From Lama glama (lineage: Eukaryota), in assembly GCA_028534125.1 (NCBI GenBank), contig JAPYYK010000098.1, forward strand, positions 434,001 to 498,000: a DNA stretch of 64,000 nucleotides, written 5' to 3'. Both the position numbers and the translations under genes were made by a program. This document shows, in pieces, positions 60,310 to 64,000 of the stretch; position 1 is the stretch's first letter, and the number at the start of each line of letters is the position of its first letter. Under the pieces are notes generated by a model. The model was not told where the DNA came from, ran no database searches, and worked only from the letters and a program-made list of their open reading frames with translations.

Positions 60310-60345
60310 CATCTGGTCATCCCAGATCCCGTGGCTGTGCAGGCT
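60143..60345 (+). repeat. Compound repeat: (GT)17-unit-(GT)11-unit-(GT)18-unit with an identical 37-bp unit
   Basis: Unit TCATCTGGTCATCCCAGATCCCGTGGCTGTGCAGGCT at 60177, 60236 and 60309. Confidence 0.97.
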
Positions 60346-60660
60346 GCACTCATGGGGCAGAGGCATCCCGCCTGCCGCCCACTTCTGTGTAGTTCTGTAC
60401 AGAGCTCCTGGGCTCAGGTGAGGGTGGGGTCAGGGCGTGGGCCAGCCTGGTGGCTCTGCGGTGGCAGGCCAGCGGCGACTTCCCCTTTCTGTTTATCCTG
60501 GGAGGGAGGAGTGAGGCGTGCAGTCGCTCCTGGCTGGCGTCACTGAGAAAAAGGAGACCCCTGCCCTATAGGTGCACCCTTGGCTCTTTGGCGCCTCTCA
60601 GAACCCCTTTGTCACTCAGCCCCTTCCACAGCAGTCGTGGGTCACCTGGTGTTCATTGCA

Positions 60661-60778
60661 GGGCGTGAGCCCTTATCCCCCCTCCCCCCCGCAACCCAGG
60701 CAAGGACTTAAAGAAGAGCCAGGGGCCCAGGTGAAGTTGTCAGCTGCCCAGGGAGGCAATGCACCAGGGCAGGGACAT
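60661..60778 (+). repeat. 118-bp dispersed direct repeat, copy 1
   Basis: Identical to 61605-61721 except for one extra C in a homopolymer. Confidence 0.95.
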
Positions 60779-61604
60779 GCGCCCTGCTTTCCCAGGGAAC
60801 GGTGACACGCACTGTCAGCAAGTGCCTCACGGCACCATCCTGGGGAGCTGGCTCCTTGTTTCCTTTCAGTCACCCCTGGTGACCAGGTGTGGGTGGGAAG
60901 ATTCTGAGGCCTGCGTGGGGAACCCCCCCAGTGCCCAGTATGGGCGGTGACCTTGGAGGGACCCGGGGTGCTAATGCAGGACTTGTTCTGTGAGTGTCCA
61001 GCTCTGTGTCAGCCTGGCTTTGAGCCCACGATAACACCCCTTTCCAGAGAAACGGCGCCAATGGTTCTCGGTAGAGAGGAGCTTCTCCGACTTAAACGTG
61101 CACGCGAGGGCCTGGGGGCCGGGCTAGCACGCAGGTTCTGACCAGTGGGCCTGGGGCGGGCTCGAGTGCCTGTGTTTCTTTCTAACAAGCTCCTGGAGGT
61201 GTGGCTGCTGCGGCGTGAGGAGTGGGGCTGTGGGGCCCCTTAGACAGCACTCTGGGCCCGATTTCCCTCATCCGCCTTTGCGGGGAGAGGATGCTGGAGC
61301 CAGGGGCACGTGTGTGTTTCCTCGCATCCTGGGGGTTCTGGCCTCTGCAGTGGGGGCTGCCTTTCCAACCTGGATTTGAGGGGTCCCTGCTGATCGGTAG
61401 AGCAAGGTGATTTATGCCTAAGGGGCATGGATAACCAGCCCCCCTGAGAGCATCCAGCTTTTATTAAGTGCCTACTGTATGTGGAGCCATTAGTAATGTG
61501 CCCGAGACCCAAAAGGGGGTGGAGAAGATGGGAAGGGAATCCACAGCCTTGCACAGAAAAAGGGACGTGGGCAGGTGAACAGGTCCTGGGGCCAGCTCTG
61601 CACT

Positions 61605-61721
61605 GGGCGTGAGCCCTTATCCCCCCTCCCCCCGCAACCCAGGCAAGGACTTAAAGAAGAGCCAGGGGCCCAGGTGAAGTTGTCAGCTGCCCAGGGAGGC
61701 AATGCACCAGGGCAGGGACAT
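61605..61721 (+). repeat. 117-bp dispersed direct repeat, copy 2
   Basis: gggcgtgagcccttatc...gcaccagggcagggacat, matches 60661-60778. Confidence 0.95.
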
Positions 61722-64000
61722 CTTAGCCTCGGGGGGTTTTAATGCACAAAAACAGGAATGATCATAACTGCCGCCCATGATTTTTCTGAGGATTAAGTGA
61801 AGATGATGGGCGAGGAGGAAACCGGTACACAGTAGGTGCTTAATGCATGCCACTTCCCTCCCTTGTCAGTCAGGTCTCATTTCTCGGACCAGCCGAGCAC
61901 AGGTAGGAGGTGAGTGAACTTCCTGGCAACCTAGGTGAGACCTCTGAGGGCCTGGCGTTCCCCCAGGGGACTTGGGGTGGGGAGAGTGGCACCCTGGAGA
62001 AGGACCGTCCAGAAGTTGGGGTGCAGTGGGGGTTGGCCACCTGCAGTTGAGACTGGAACGTCTGTGTGCAGGCTTCCCAAGGCGATGGGCAGTGCAGGGC
62101 CCCAGCACTGGGGTGCTTTTTTCCAGTGCTGTGCGCCCACCCCCTGCAGGCAGGGGCCCTTGTGGGCGAGGGTCCGGTGAGCATGTCGGGCGAGGCCAGG
62201 CCGGGCTTTTTTCCCGAAGCGGCCTCCTGCTGCTCCAGCCGGAGTCAGGAGCCTGGTCCCGCGGCCCCTGGCAGGGTGCCCCTGCGTGTCCGGCGGGTGC
62301 AGTGTCCTCCGGGGGGCGGGTAGGCAGATGCTGCTGGCCAGGCTGGCGCTGGGACGGCGGTGCCCTGTGCGGCCTCCCCCAGGCAGTCCGTGGGAGGGCT
62401 TGCTGAACTTGGGGAACCTTTAAGCCCTGAGACCTTTAAACCCTTTCCCGGAAGGTCCTCTTCTGGCCACCGCTGAAAGAGGTCTCCATGAGTCTGCTGT
62501 GGGGCACACAGGGGAATAACAGGGAAGAGGCAGGATGCCTTTGGGTGCATGGCGTTACTTAGCTGCTCTCTTCTGACCTCCGAATTCACGTTGGCTGTTC
62601 AGGCAGCTACGTCCTAGTGAGCTTTCTAGAACCGCCCCGCCCCCCAGAGGTTCAGGCACGTAATGGGACGTTGCTGAGTGGATGAGGGTGTGGGGAAGGG
62701 TGTTGATTAGGCTCCCCGTGTTTTCTTAGAAAGTCGGCTTGAACTTTATCAGCGCTTCTGGTATCAGGGAGCACGCAGTGGCGCCCGGGAAGCAGGACGA
62801 GCGCGTCCCGGGCCCGCCCGCAGACGGCCTCCCGGGTGCGCGGCCCTGCGCGGGACTTTGCATTTCATGCAGCTCAGCGCGTGGCCCCAGCGCTCCTGGG
62901 AGACGGGAACAGTTGCCTCTCCCATTTGACAGACGTGGAAACTGGAGCTCAGAGAGGGCCTGTGACCAGCTTCGGCCCTCCCGCCTGGCTAGTGGTGGTG
63001 GCGGGACTGGGGCTCCGGCGTCTGGTCCTAGGGCCCCTCCTCTCCTCCACCCACCACCTGCCCGTCCCGCTGCCCAGCGAGCAGATAACCGCCGGATCCT
63101 GCGTGACTCCCAGCCTCCAGTGGCGGAGGACACCCTGCATGCAGGGTCCCCGTACTGCCTCGTGGCTCTTGTCACCGAGACTGGGCCCTGGGTGGCCGTG
63201 TGGAGGGGCTGGGATGGAACGAGAGGCTCCCTGGCAGCCTCTGCTTCTCCAGAGTTTCCCGGCAGAAGTCCGCGCGGCCGGCAGAGCTGCAGACCGGGTC
63301 CCGTGGAGCCGCCTCCCGCACGCTCTCGGCGCCCCCAGCCCTCAAGTGCTGTAACATCACTCAGGGAGGACGTTCTTCTGAAGCTCGGAGCTGGTGACTC
63401 ACTCTGGGGGAGGTTTCCAGTGGCATTCAGTCTCTGTTGACTTTCCAAACAAGCGCTCCTCCAGTCTGTGGTGACATTAACCGTGATGGGGGCGCATCAG
63501 TTCGGAGGGAAGCTCAAGGGTGGCCAGTGATGAGGGGGCGGCCAGAATCAGTGACGCGAGCAGCTGTGCGCCAGCGGGTCCTAGCCTGGAGCCTCGGGAA
63601 GCACGCCGTTCTTCGGGGCAGCCGCGATGCCCCAGACCCTGGTCCTCAGTCTGAGGTCCTGGACATTTCTGTCCCCTCTCCTCTTCCCCGTGGAGCAGAG
63701 GCCGAGAGAGCCTGAGGGGGCTTTTTGGATCTGGGAGGCGGGGTAGGGGCCGAGGGAGAGCCTGTGTTCACATTCTCATTCAGTGATGCTCTGTTCTCGC
63801 AGCCAAGACAGAGCCAGTGTCCAGTGCTAGGGAGGACGCCCCCTCCAGGGACGGGCCACAGCCTGCTTGCGGGGGTTGGCCTGCTCGGACACAATGTGCT
63901 CAGCTCCGAGGGAGCAGGGTGAGCAGTCGTTTTTTCCAGCAGATGGGGGAGTTGGCAGAAAGATGAGGGCTGTTCCTCTGAAGCTGTCTCCCAGCCGTCT

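Noticed and set aside
60143-60345. CRISPR array (37-bp palindromic repeats, 22- and 36-nt spacers)
   Set aside because: The spacers are pure (GT)n, there are no cas genes or leader, and the context is a mammalian intron.

Overview
Mammalian, not prokaryotic, genomic DNA. It is very GC- and CpG-rich over the first ~44 kb. The repeat content (short L1 3' ends, a Tigger1 deletion derivative, no Alu, Bov, PRE or Can SINE seen) suggests a cetartiodactyl, possibly a camelid; this is inference only. Bases 1189-~40210 (+) hold the last 25 exons of NUP210 (gp210 nuclear pore membrane glycoprotein), matching human exons 16-40 as I recall them. All have GT-AG boundaries and compatible phases, and they splice to a stop-free 3510-nt CDS (1169 aa, including the TM helix and cytoplasmic tail) followed by a ~1.3 kb 3'UTR with AATAAA at 40184. 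An ~18 kb intergenic stretch with old L1/HAL1/L2/MIR/MER fossils follows. A CpG island (~58.2-60.1 kb) then carries a far-upstream coding first exon of IQSEC1 (BRAG2) encoding an IQSEC2/3-type N-terminal coiled coil. Highlights: (1) a strong-Kozak poly-Pro/Arg uORF in frame with, and 9 nt upstream of, the IQSEC1 ATG; (2) AT-to-GC rewriting of transposon fossils around NUP210, resembling gBGC; (3) a MER53 palindrome with perfect TSDs, an intact miR-1302-like seed and compensatory changes; (4) a CRISPR-mimicking (GT)n/37-bp repeat and a 118-bp dispersed duplication in IQSEC1 intron 1; (5) two in-frame, stop-free micro-introns in NUP210. Almost all other ORFs in the track are GC-rich noise. Repeat family names come from recalled consensus sequences and need RepeatMasker/Dfam confirmation.
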